DNA of 37,098 nucleotides from Catajapyx aquilonaris. Its lineage: Eukaryota. A model generated the notes under the pieces. That model did no database searches. It was not told the origin of the DNA and saw only the letters and a list, made by a program, of their open reading frames with translations. The stretch covers positions 1 through 37,098 of the forward strand of contig KZ538996.1 in assembly GCA_000934665.2 (NCBI GenBank). Reading direction: 5' to 3'. Within the stretch, counting starts at the first letter, position 1. Every line of letters starts with the position of its first letter. The position numbers were made by a program, and so were the translations under genes. Of the stretch, positions 24,292-35,587 are shown in pieces.

Positions 24292-25061
24292 GCTACCTCC
24301 TCCAGCGGATCTGTGTCATTACATTTCTACGTGGTGGCTGTACTTTGGTCAGTGCTTTGCACTCACATTGGCTGCATACTTTATTGTTCCAATTTAGAAT
24401 TTATTACACACTGTTGCCTTGGTTACGAGACTACTGGTGTAATTGGGTGATGATCACGTTTTGTTCCTAATATTCAAAGAGTTCCATATCTTGCTATCCT
24501 ATGGTATCTTATTCCATGTTTATCCTATAGGCACGGTGGCACGGTCCAGCTACGGCCTCGGGGCAGGCCCAGGGTTCGAGCTGGTGGTACAAATGCGCTG
24601 TGTGTAAGAATAATAGCGGTTTTGGGTTGTTTGTTCAGGCAGCCTGTCGGAATAATTTTCTTGGCGTATACTTTTCCTGCCATACCTTTTCCTCTACGTA
24701 TACTGTGTCATGTGCTTTTTGTCGGAATTCTCCTCTTCCGAACTGTGTTACGTTCTGTGTCGTGTAGTTTTCAATCGTTTTGCTTTTATTTGTTTTTTCC
24801 CCATTTGTAGAATTTGGACCTCCACATTCTCAATGTATATTCAAAAGTCGTTATGGGATGTGGTTTAACGTGTTTAAGGTGTGGTATAAAGGTATAAGGT
24901 GTGGTATAATGTGTACAATGGTATTACGTGTACAAGGTGTGGCATAATGTGGTCTACGTAGGTACTGTGTCATGTAGTTTTCAAACTTTTCTTGCATTTG
25001 TTTGTTTTTTCACTTTGTAACGTTTGGACCTCCCCATTCTGAACACCCCAAAGACTTTAAC

Positions 25062-25960
25062 ATGGGCCTAAAAACATAGCAGCATTGGCAGAAGCGCATT
25101 GGATACACGCAGAGTTCGGCTAAGGATGAGGGACCAAGGTACTGAGGAAGAACCCCAAGCCGCCCCAAGCATGTCTCCACTCTATGAGAAACGCGGCCAT
25201 CAGTCGGAGATTAGCTCCATTTTCATCAACCCACCTCCTACATGCCGCTTTCCACTACTCAGCAGACATTGACAATAATTATTCTTCTGTCGATGTTGAT
25301 GTTGCAATTGGTTCTATGTCAGAGGTATGCCACCATTGTCAGGCAAAGAAGTGGAAGGGTGAAACCAGGGTGAAACAAAATCGATCTGTTGCTCCATTGG
25401 AAAGGTTAGCCTTCCTCTACTGGCTGAGCCTCCACAGCTACTTAAAATGCTCCTCTTATAGGCACATCACCTGATTCAAAACATTTCCTGAAGACCATCA
25501 GAAATTAAAATTCGGCCTTCCAGATGACATCTTTTGGGGCCAACGTTGCAAGAGAAGGGGGCTTCATGCCTACATTCAAAGTGCAAGGACAAATTTACTA
25601 TCGCATGGGATCACTCCTTCCTTCAGAAAATGAGATTCCACGGTTTCTGCAGCTTTACTTCGTGGGGACCATGCAACAGCAGGCGGAATACCGTTGCACC
25701 TACTTAAACGGCACACGCCTCCACATCACACTGCAACTTCAGGAGATGATCCATTCCACTCACACTTATGTCAAAAGCTTCAAACTTGCACTTGAGAGTC
25801 CTCCTCCTCTGGAATTTGACTTGGTCATCGATGCAGACAAGCGACCACAAGGCGAGCATCGTGGTCGATTCAATCAACCTTCTTGCAATGAGATTGCTGT
25901 CATCATGAGTGGTCAGGAGCAGGCAATAAGAGGGATTTGGTGTTGAAGCTTCGAGACAAC
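25062..25960 (+). pseudogene. Helitron RepHel N-terminal fragment, frameshifted and truncated before the Rep and helicase cores
   Basis: Characteristic motifs IGSMSEVCHHCQAKKWKGE, SAFQMTSFGA...GGFMPTFKVQGQIYYRMGSLLP...FLQLYF and VIDADKRPQGEHRGRFNQPSCNEIAV, with stops and frameshifts between blocks. Confidence 0.93.
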
Positions 25961-26450
25961 ACGCTTCATCTATGCAATTATGAACGTAATTGGCCATACC
26001 AAATATTGCATTATTATTGCAAAGGTTTCTACCAAATCAATGAGTCACTCCTATGGAAAAGTATTACATAACCCGAGCAACGCCGGGTATCCTGCTAGTA
26101 TACATTATTTTGTGTAAGGAAGTAATAATAACAATCTCACAAGATTAAAATTATGCACATTTCATTTTTACAAAATGGTTCATCGGATTACTGTAATAAG
26201 TCTTCAGTTAGTTTGAGACATTGAACCCTTTCTTAATTCAGAATTGATCCCGCTACACAGCGCCTTCACTCGTTTCTAATTGCTCGTACTGTAGGGTACT
26301 GTACGTACTCGTATAACAAATGCACTCTTGAATGGGCCAGGAGTCCTGCTGGATGATGCGAATCAAGCTATTGCAGAATTAGGATTGTATCGGACCATAT
26401 TAAATCAATTAACTTATATAGGATATTAGTATTATTAGAGTACACCGTCG

Positions 26451-26585
26451 CACAGTGATCTACTGTAGATTCGGAAAACCCTGGTCAAAATCACAATTTT
26501 TAAATTTGAAGTAAGATATTCCCATTCATGCCTGCATAATCAATGATAATGGAGCTATACTCAGGCCTTTAGTTTGTTCCTGAAA
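26451..26585 (+). mobile_element. CACAGTG-starting repeat, copy 1 (Transib-like terminus)
   Basis: Direct repeat of 26948-27077; begins with CACAGTG followed by an A-rich block. Transib assignment is inference. Confidence 0.5.
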
Positions 26586-26923
26586 TGGAGAGGTGTCCGG
26601 TCATTCTCTCCGCGGCTGTCCACATGTGCTCCTGACTTCAGGAGGAGTTTCACCACCTCCAAATCCCCTGCCTTCACAGCAAGGTGTATGGCAACATTCC
26701 CAACTCGATTCTTAATGTTGACATCAGCTCCACTTTCAGTCAGGACCATGCAGGATGACAAATCGCCTCGTTCAGCACTACAGTGAAGAGCAGTCTGGCC
26801 TTCCCAACTTGTCTGGTTTGCTGGCCATCTGGAACATACAAGGTAAGCAACTACACGTGGCCACTTCCCTTTGGCTGCCACAATGAGTCCACTGTCTCCA
26901 GATTTGTCTGTTTCTGCCTCCGC
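26586..26923 (-). pseudogene. Ankyrin-repeat protein fragment (about three repeats plus the start of a fourth)
   Basis: DKSGDSGLIVAAKGKWPRVVAYLV...EGQTALHCSAERGDLSSCMVLTESGADVNIKNRVGNVAIHLAVKAGDLEVVKLLLKSGAHVDSRGENDRTPLHF matches the ANK consensus; it is cut off at TPLH by the flanking repeat. Confidence 0.9.
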
Positions 26924-26947
26924 CTACCTGATGTGGAACAACCAGCG

Positions 26948-27077
26948 CACAGTGATCTAGGTTCGAAAAACCCCGGACAAAATCAGAATTTTTGAATTTG
27001 AAGTCAGATATTCCCATTCATGCCTGCATAATCTATGATAATGGAGCTATGCTCTGGCCTATGGTTTGTTCCTGAAA
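26948..27077 (+). mobile_element. CACAGTG-starting repeat, copy 2 (probably continues to the right)
   Basis: CACAGTGATCTAGGTTCGAAAAACCCCGGACAAAATC...GTTTGTTCCTGAAA; direct repeat of 26451-26585. Confidence 0.5.
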
Positions 27078-27950
27078 AAATAGTTATTAGGCAGCGCGGA
27101 GGCATTTAAATTTGGGGTTAATCGTTGTTCTGAATAGACATGCACGGAAGGCCTATTTTAACCATTTGCTAAATGTTCTGAAACATATGTCAACGGTAAT
27201 TTTGGTTACACTGTGTTGTAGAGTAAACATTTACTTGCAAAAGTGTTCATATTTCATTTTTGTAAATTATAAACTTAATGCTTAAATCGAATTTTGGTAT
27301 AGCAGTTCAAATGTGTCGTTTCAAAAATTAAATCGAGTCATACAAAAAAATGGACAAAAAAGGACATTTTCATTTTTGGTGCGTAATGTGCCAAAGAGTG
27401 TGTAGGTGAAGGGTCAACAAAGTCCAGCTGCAGAAATGCGCAAATTTTATAGTAATTCGTAATTTTCGCCGTGGTGGTATTTCCACCCTCGCGCTCGAGC
27501 TAATGCCTGAAACAAATAGTGCACGGGCTGGAGTCCAGTGACGGGAAGGGGCGGGGAGAAATTCGAAGTGTGGTCAAACTGACCAGTGACACATTGATAC
27601 CTGTTGATATCGTAGGCTACATTACTTCCTATGTTTCCTCGAGAGATGAGGGAATATATTTTGGTGTGCGTGCGAGTGAAAGGCAAGTCTTGAGGAACTA
27701 ATCATCTACTATACGGTAGTTTATTTTCGGAGCTGGTTATACAGAATGGTGGGCGGCTAATTTGTACCTTGATTAGGCCTATATATTGAATAGTATTTTC
27801 ATTAATTTTAACTTTGTAGTAAGTTGTTAACTGAATTTAAAAATGGGGTCTGGAGTTTATCGTTCGTCTTTTGTTTTTCTCCCCCTCTCGTGATTTTGCG
27901 TCATCAACATACCTACACAAATTTACATCGACTGAGCTTAAAAAAAATTC

Positions 27951-28829
27951 CGTACTCGCCAACAGGAACTTCGACTGAAAATGCATCAATATCCCATCGG
28001 CCATCGTAAGGCCCTGCCTGCACTTCGAGAGTTCGAGTTAAGATAGTTAGAGTTAGGGAAGTTTATCAGTTTCCTATTGCGTATTATACATTGTGACCAA
28101 CCAAGCTCATAATTTTCTTCGACTTATAGAAAACTTCGACTTAGGGAAGTTCGACTTATACAGGGTGATTCTCCCGAATAGAAACCCAAACATTCCTCAA
28201 TAACTTTTTAACTATGGTATGGTTCCCTATGAAAATTGACATGTACTTACCTTGCATCATGCCAAACAAGGTTTTCTTAAAGCATATGCTGGAAATGTCC
28301 CTCTCCAGCATCCAAGCACTTTTGAACTCGAGTCAAGGTATTGCCGAAGACTCCTGCTAAGGATTCGGCGGGGATGGCATCAACCTCCCGCCGTATCGCG
28401 TCTTTGAGAGCATCAATTGTTCCAGGCTTATTTTTGTGTACACAGCGCGTCAAGAAACTCCACAAGAAGAAATCAGGTGGCGTCAGGTCAGGTGATCTTG
28501 GCGGCCACAGATTTTTCGAAATTATTCGGTCACCGAAATAACTTTCAATTTCCCCCATGCTTGCATTAGATGTGTGGCACGTTGTGTGGCGCGCGCGCCG
28601 CAGGCGGGAGATTGATGCCATCCCCGCCGCCAATATGCAGGAGTTTTCGGCAATATGCAGACTCGCATTTCAAAATTCTTGGATGCTGGAGGGAACCACT
28701 TTTGGTATCTTCTTTAGACAGACCTTGTTTGACATGATACAAGATAAGTACATGTCAAATTTTATCGGGAACCATACCATAGTTAAAGAGTTATTGAGGA
28801 TTGTTGGGTTCCCTGTAGAAGTTTTACTG
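27951..28829 (-). mobile_element. Family A MITE, partial copy whose TIR is split by a mariner insertion
   Basis: 27951-28160 aligns with ~31129-31310. The TIR TTCGACTTATA|GAAGTTTTACTG is interrupted at TA and resumes at 28816-28829. Confidence 0.85.
28161..28815 (-). mobile_element. Defective mariner-like (rosa/DD41D-related) element made of two inverted 3' ends
   Basis: TA|CAGGG...CCCTG|TA with long TIRs. Transposase C-terminus on the minus strand (GDRIISKNLWPPRSPDLTPPDFFLW...GEGHFQHML*, stop at 28277); a diverged inverted copy (RREIDAIPAA...FLDAGGNHF) is on the plus strand. Confidence 0.92.
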
Positions 28830-30746
28830 ATACACTTAATTTAGGAAAACAATATCTTTACGCTGAAACTTGTCAGGATTACCAAAACGTTATCTAAGCT
28901 GTACAGCTTCCCCCTTCTCTCCCTCACATGCACGTAAAAAAAACCTGCTCTGAGCATCGGATTTTTAGTACAGTAGAAAGTAAAACTCGTTTGGGCCGAC
29001 AATGGCAGCTTCAGAGAGAAGAAAAAAAAAAGGCTCTGTAAGCCAGTCATGTTTTTGTTAAAAGCGATTTTTCCCCTAGCATCACGTGGAAATCCCGTGA
29101 AGCTGAGTATCAGTGAAAAGTCGGAACTGGCCCCCTCCTCTCCGAAAAAAAAGAAAAAAAAACAAAGTTGGTCATCGTTCTCACAGGCGGATATGCTGTC
29201 CGGCCCTACTTTCACTTGATGGAGACTCCTTTCTTCCATCTTTGGGAGGGCTATCATCATGTGAGTGAGTGAGAGAGGGGAAGGGTCACCGCCCACGCTT
29301 CTCACCTTTCCATGCATCGTAGAAAAGGAGAGGTCTCCGCATGTGCCCTCGACCCGCTCCGTGACAAGCGATCCGGACGAGTGCTGCGAGATACTTTTCC
29401 CACCACGTTTCTTGACAAAGCAATAGTCAACATCTTTTGAATCGGCTTTGAAATATGACTTGCTTTAATGGGATTGCACAGTTCACTCATGCCCATGGTC
29501 TCAAAGATATCACTGCCTCCTGGTTCAACCTGGTGCTCATTTCCAGAATAAACATTACTACTAAAAAGCACCTTGTAGGCCTACTGTAGATGTAGGTGAT
29601 GCTGGCAAAGCCACAATAATATCTGTTGGCCTGTGGCGCCACAAGATGGACAGTAGTGTTGTAGATACACAACACACAATAGGAACCTGTATAGCTCCCC
29701 CTGCTCGCAATTGGCTAAAATCATCAGGCAATGCGAAGTACCGTGCCTGGCAGTGCCACGAAAAGGATGGTGCTGGTGCAGTCACTCCAACTCCTTCACA
29801 GATGACACAGACACATTGAACACAAGCAGCAGCACGCAGGGCATTCCTTTGGTGGCCGGCAGAAGACCTTGAACAGTGGTGCAAGAGATACCTTCCTCCT
29901 TATTTCGAGATAGGCTTGCACAGTTCCAAATTAGTATACACATGCCTCGACCATGAACACTATATGAATTAAAAGCCTGTTACGAAAACAACTCTCAAGT
30001 TTCCATGGAGGTCCCTCATGCAACAAAAGGAGTAAACAGTGTCAACCAAGAAACATTATTTGTTCGTTAATTTCAATTCATGCATTATTTATTAGCCTAC
30101 TTACTATTTTCAAACTCAATAACTTTTCAACGAAACATTTCTGCACCCTACGAACAGTGACGTTAGACTCAGCTCATCAAGTAGATTCATGAAAATATAA
30201 TAATATATGTATAGAAACCTGTAATTTTCACGCAGACCTTTGGATCTTCTTGACCAGCTCTTTGTCTGGAGAGTTGCATCTGGTGCTTGCTAATGGTTAC
30301 GTAGTGCTATAGTACGACCTCAGCACCTGATAAAAATCCGCCATCGCTGATTGGTTTTACTCGTTTGGTATACACTGATTGTCAACCACTCTCCGCAATG
30401 AACCAGTTTATTGCTAGCCAATGGAGCCAATTTCCAGTCTAACCCTCTGTTGGCATTTCTGAGATCTTTCCATAAGGGAATACACACAGCTGCATCAGGA
30501 CCGTTAAATTGTCATTTGCACATTGTGAAATTATTCAATTATTATTGTTGACACTGTCACAACTTGTACATTCTCCCATCGATGATGTTGATCACTTCAT
30601 GAGCAGTTCCGTAAGGAGCAATGTCAGACCAGTTTCTGGCCTTATTGCCGACTTTTTATTGCAACAATCTGGTAAGTGAGAAATTGGATTGAAGGACCTG
30701 CCATACTGTATGATTATGGTATGGTGGAAAATTGAAAAAGGTACTA

Positions 30747-31326
30747 CAGTAAAACTTCTACAAGTCGAATCTCCATGGGACAGGAAAAAAACTGCGAGTT
30801 ATAGAAGATTCGAGTGAGAGACGTTTGGCTTTTTTTAAAGCACAGAACTCTATAAGGAAGCCTACCTTTATATCCAGTGACGAAAGATGTTCAAAACTTA
30901 AAAATCACTCACTATCACACTTACAATGTTCCTCGTTGTTTTGTTGTAAAAAAAAACAAAAAAAACTCTGTCATGGACATTTGCCTACTCTTAGATTCAA
31001 GGATCCAATTGTCACAATCGAGTCAAACACTTCTTTCGGTACGTCTGGGAGACGGAGATCAGGAAATTGAGCCTTTCTATGCATGTGGCCTACTCTCGAC
31101 CCTTGGCTGGGAAATGAGATAATTTTCTGTACTCGCCAACAATGAACTTCGACTTAGGGAGACTGAAAATGCATTGATATCCCATTGTAAGGCCCTGCCA
31201 GTACTTCAAGTTATGAAGAAATTCAAGTTCGGGAAGTTTATTTCCTATTATTTTACATTGTGACCAACCAAGCTCATCAATTTCTTCAACTTATAGAAGT
31301 TCCACTTATAGAAGTATGTTTTACTG
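30747..31326 (-). mobile_element. Family A MITE, full-length copy in opposite orientation to 16167-16768
   Basis: TA|CAGTAAAACTTCTACAAGTCGAA...TTTTACTG|TA; the interior is the reverse complement of copy 1. Confidence 0.92.
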
Positions 31327-32038
31327 TAATTAGAGTAACTTATGTCCTGTTGGAAAAGCGCACTACTACAGTTGTTTATTTCCCATTGCCTCTTTTGCAC
31401 TTTTCCCAAAGGGCTGACACCAAAGCACTTTTCAAAACCGAAAGAGTCAGCAGTGTTGTGATAGATCTTAAAAAGTGGTGATGATGCGCCTGGCTCCTTC
31501 CTTTCCTCTTCTGGCGTCACAGCAGTGGCGTGTTGTTCTGCTGTGTGGAAGTAAGGAATTACATGTGTAAATAACAAATTGCATAGTTCACCTTGCATGT
31601 GAGTTACTCATACCAGTTGGCTGCATTCTTCCTTTGTCCTCTAGACATCCTGCAGTATTAGCTGCATGAGAAGCTGCCGACGACGCTTCCTCCCCAACCG
31701 CTCCTGCAGAAAGGCAGCCAGCGATGCTACTATGTCCTCTTCATCTGTATCACCAGCTAGCGAGCTAGCACAGATGTAACTGCAACCATTGTTGCACTAT
31801 CCATTGCCCCACCTATAAAGATGATAACAATGCATACAATCCTGCCGATGTACAGTGCATGACCCTAAAACAACATGTAAACCCAATGTAATACCAGGTA
31901 ATACGACTAATACCACAGTGAATCCAGAATATTTTCATGATACCATACTAGGTTACCGGTACGTGTAAATTAACTGTCAGCTGAAATGCCACTTCTAAAG
32001 TTGCCGCCTCAGTTGTGATCCTTAATTCTCTTCAATGC

Positions 32039-32043
<5 letters not shown>

Positions 32044-32070
<27 letters not shown>

Positions 32071-32472
32071 GGGATCCCCCTTGAGACCAATTGGCCAATG
32101 CAGGGGGAGGAGATCTCCTCAATTTTTCTAACTTTACAATCTCACCGGTGCAGGAACAGGGAAGGGATAGGGAGGGAGGAACAAAGGTGCAGTGCATTGT
32201 CCTGTGGTGGGGGCCGTGTGCAGTCCCTCAGGGGTCCAAGCTTAGACACCCCCCTAGGCGCGGCCGGAAGCTCCCCACCGGCACCGCGCCTCCTCCAGGG
32301 AAAGGAAGGAAGCGGCTGTGGCCTATATAACGGTACGATCCCGGGATTTCCCTGGAGTGACCTTGGAAAACCACAGAAATCCAAGGTCAGGACCGCCGGC
32401 CTCCGGGACTCGAACCCAGGACCTCCCGATTAGCAGTCGGACACCATATCCACTACACCACTACTGCTTCGG
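32044..32472 (-). mobile_element. Full-length tRNA-derived SINE (~430 bp)
   Basis: Perfect 17-bp TSD TCTCTTCAATGCAATTA (32027-32043 and 32473-32489); (TAAA)n tail at 32044-32070; A box TGGTGTAGTGG and B box GGTTCGAGTCC on the minus strand. Confidence 0.95.
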
Positions 32473-33108
32473 TCTCTTCAATGCAATTAGCTGCAATTAA
32501 CATAATGTACGGTCATTTCTCATTCTTAGAACTGTTTGGAACATCACAGGGTGATCCCAAGTGACGTTGTTGTTCTTTCAGTTTGGCGTTGAGCTGGTTT
32601 GAGGTTTTTTAAATTGTTGCCGGGTGGCGACACCATCGCTGTGCACATGCTTTTCAAACGCACCTGATGTCAGAAGATGAAAATTTTAATCACCAGACTG
32701 GACGATTCTACTTCCAATATCCATATTTAATTTAGCTTCACACATATCACAGGATTTTACTCGTGGTTACTTCTATAAAAATAGCCATCTCATATAAGAT
32801 GCTGGGTAGCAGATAGAAATGGTGTTAATGTGAAAAGGCGTAAAACAAAAAAACGTAAAACGAGGAGCACCTGTACTTGTTCCTGAGAGCAGCAGTAGTG
32901 TGCAGCGAGGTAGCCAAGCCATTGTGCCAAATGGTAGTGGCCTATCATACTACGCCCAAGTGGGGGGATGGCTGGGGAGTGTTGCAAATTTTGGCAATGG
33001 GTTTACTAAACTAGTTGCCCTTGAGAAATGAAAACGATTTCCATATTGTGTTGGAATTGAATATCTCACCCAATTCTGAAAACTTCTTAGCATCATTTGT
33101 GGGCAATT

Positions 33109-33126
33109 GGGGGGGGGGGGGGGAGN

Positions 33127-33160
<34 letters not shown>
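33109..33160. repeat. poly-G / (GA)n microsatellite
   Basis: Directly visible. Confidence 0.95.
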
Positions 33161-33165
<5 letters not shown>

Positions 33166-33210
33166 GAGCCGTTCAAAAGCAAATTGCACAATTTGAGAAA
33201 TATATATATA

Positions 33211-33943
33211 CAGGGTGTCCCTAAATGATTGTCAACATTTGAAAGTTGTTTAATTTCTATTAGTTGTGGTGTGCAATGACAAGACAGACATAGAACGAAA
33301 GAGGACATTTGGGAGTTTTTATTGCACGCACTACAAGTGCTCAATATGAGCACCTTTCGTCACACGACACGATAGTCTAATTCTCTACACAGGCCAGCAT
33401 GTCTGGTGTGATTGATTCCACAGCAGCAACAATCCTGCGTTTCAACTCACACAGGCTGGTAGGTAGCCGTGGTACAAAAACCTGGTCCTTTACATATACC
33501 CCCAGAGGAAAAAGTCACATGGGGTGAGGTCGGGAGACCTTGGCGGCCACTGGAGAAAAACCAGATCTTGCTGACCGGCATGTCCGATCCGCCGATCCTT
33601 GCCAATGCAAAGGCATCCCGTCGTCTGAAACTTCTGGAACCACCGTTGAATTATTGTATGGAGGGGCGTAACGTCGTCCGTACTGTCGCCGGAATGCCTG
33701 CTGAACAGTAACTAGCGAACCAAGCTTTGCAAACTGCAGGACATGGAACGTTTTCTGTTCGGGAGACACCATTTTGTGGAGTGGCCCTGTGTGCCTCGTG
33801 GCAAAGTGCGGAACCAACTTTTCGGTGTGCAATAAAAACTCCCAAATGTCCTCTTTCGTTCTATGTCTGTCTTGTCATTGCACACCGCAACTAATAGAAA
33901 TTATACAACTTTCAAATGTTGACAATCATTTAGGGACACCCTG
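33211..33943 (-). mobile_element. Internally deleted mariner-like (rosa/DD41D-related) element
   Basis: 117-bp near-perfect TIRs (33211-33327/33827-33943) and TA target. N-terminal HTH-type start MVSPEQKTFHVLQFAK...VTVQQAFRRQYG (ATG at 33772) is joined to WPPRSPDLTPCDFFLWG...KGAHIEHL* (stop at 33331); most of the catalytic region is missing. Confidence 0.95.
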
Positions 33944-34424
33944 TATATATATCTATATAAAATTCTCAAATTGTGCAAGATGCAAATTGTGCAAGATGCA
34001 AGATGCACGGCAGTGCATCCGCCAAGTCTCAGCCACTTCCACCGCCACTGACCCGCACTATAGCCCCTTCTCTCCTTTACTCTTACGTCTCGCACTGCCG
34101 TGTATCTTTACTGGAGCCAACTCGTACTCTAAACTTCGTCATTTTCTAGTTCGGCACAGGAAAATGCTGCAAGTCTGAAATTTTAATACGACGATGGGGC
34201 ACACCCGGGGACCATACAAATAAATTGTCGTGAAATCTGGACCACGAGGTCCACAACAGGAGCGGTCAAGTCATTTTTGAGCTACTATGGCGTTGGTAAG
34301 TTTTTGAAGAATCACCCATACGTTCTAGGACGGGTGCCTAGCAAATGATGCAGCAAATGATGATGATCCCTTACTACTACTACTACTTAATACTACACTT
34401 ATTTGGTGTGCGTGCGTGCCCAAG

Positions 34425-34459
34425 CTTCCTTCCTTCCTTCCTTCCTTCCTTCCTTCCTT
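34425..34459. repeat. (CTTC)n microsatellite
   Basis: Directly visible; a shorter (GAAG)n lies at ~13753-13769. Confidence 0.95.
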
Positions 34460-35587
34460 TCTTATACTGCAGTGGAGGCAACGCCAGTCACCTCCACCTG
34501 TACCCACTCCTCCTCTTCTTTGTCTCCCCTTCCTTTGGTCCCTGCTGCCTGTAGGGATGGAGGAAGAAGGGGTCAGGTTAAAATGTCCACATGTGCAATC
34601 GCGTGTACGTAGTACGTCGGTACACACCAAGCAACGATACTGCTGGGTGATCACCAGCACTGTGATCCCCACCACACAGACCCCAGAAACATAGCACCAG
34701 CAACGTCTCCAGCTCCACTCCTGGGGTGGTGGTCGCCAGGAGCCGAGCGTATGCCAGCTTGGGGATGGGCCAGGCACACTGGACCGCGGCCCACGCCGTC
34801 AGCCCTGAGGCCCGTCTGTCCCCCTGCAAGGTTAGGGCGTGAGTTCTGCTGTGACCACCTAGTAGCGAGGGGGGGNGGGGGGGGGGCGTGGAGCCTCGGA
34901 TCACACCAATTGGCCTTGGCCCTCCTCATACCCGCATATGAAAACCACAGGAATTTGCCTGCCATTCAAATTTATAATAGTTATTAAATGTTTCAATTTG
35001 ACTAACAATATACATATAGTTGCGTCTTGAAATACTCAAGTATTGCAGTATTTTCTCAAAAACCAGATATGGAAACCTGGGAAAACCTGTCTCATATTAA
35101 ATTCAATAGACTTTTATTTTAGACGTTGTTTGCTAGCCACATACTCCTGGAGTCCCTCATAGGTGGACAACGGCCGGCCGTAGCAGAAAATGACCCATAC
35201 CAGTGATATTGCAGGCCTGTGAATCTGTGATAGGCTGCACCTACCATGCAAACCTGACGGTCCCCCTTGTTAGTATCACGGTGTCATAACTAAATAATTG
35301 TGGACCTTTAAATTTTATTTTACCATGGATGATAATAAGCAATGTACAATCCGTACATCGCCAAATTGAAATATGAAAGAATGGGTCGATGGAACCGTAA
35401 TTACTTGGATAGTTACCTTGGAAGTCGCGATCTCCTTTGCCAGGCCGCTGGTGGCGACCCCTCCCAGCACCCCAAACCAGACTCCAATAAGCAACAGTAG
35501 GACCCATTCTGAAAAATAGTTTTAGTACATGTGGGGTTAGCAACTGACAGTGAGTGCGACAACTGAGTGATGGCCGCCCAGCTTTAC

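Larger units (their letters stand above)
23952..26098 (+). mobile_element. Non-autonomous, internally deleted Helitron
   Basis: 5' end A|TCTAATACATATTTC...TCTGTCTGTCCGCTATGC. 3' hairpin ACCCGAGCAACGCCGGGT (26071-26088) followed by CTAG|T; A|T target with no TSD. Contains a RepHel fragment. The 3' end is firm; the 5' end is inferred from motif style. Confidence 0.85.

Noticed and set aside
26948..26972. True V(D)J recombination signal
   Set aside because: The heptamer is exact, but the nonamer-like word is imperfect and 9 nt away (14 nt in copy 1) rather than 12 or 23, and there are no Ig/TCR segments.
27209..27215. CACTGTG as the right end of the Transib-like element
   Set aside because: Adjacent sequence is not complementary to the left end beyond the heptamer, and flanks (CAGCG or CGTCG versus TTGTA) give no 5-bp TSD.
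13690..34920. Apparent similarity of the GC-rich blocks at 13.5-14.1 kb and 34.3-34.9 kb
   Set aside because: They share only a GGAA/TTCC microsatellite and short words such as CCCTGCTGCCTG, in inconsistent orientation.
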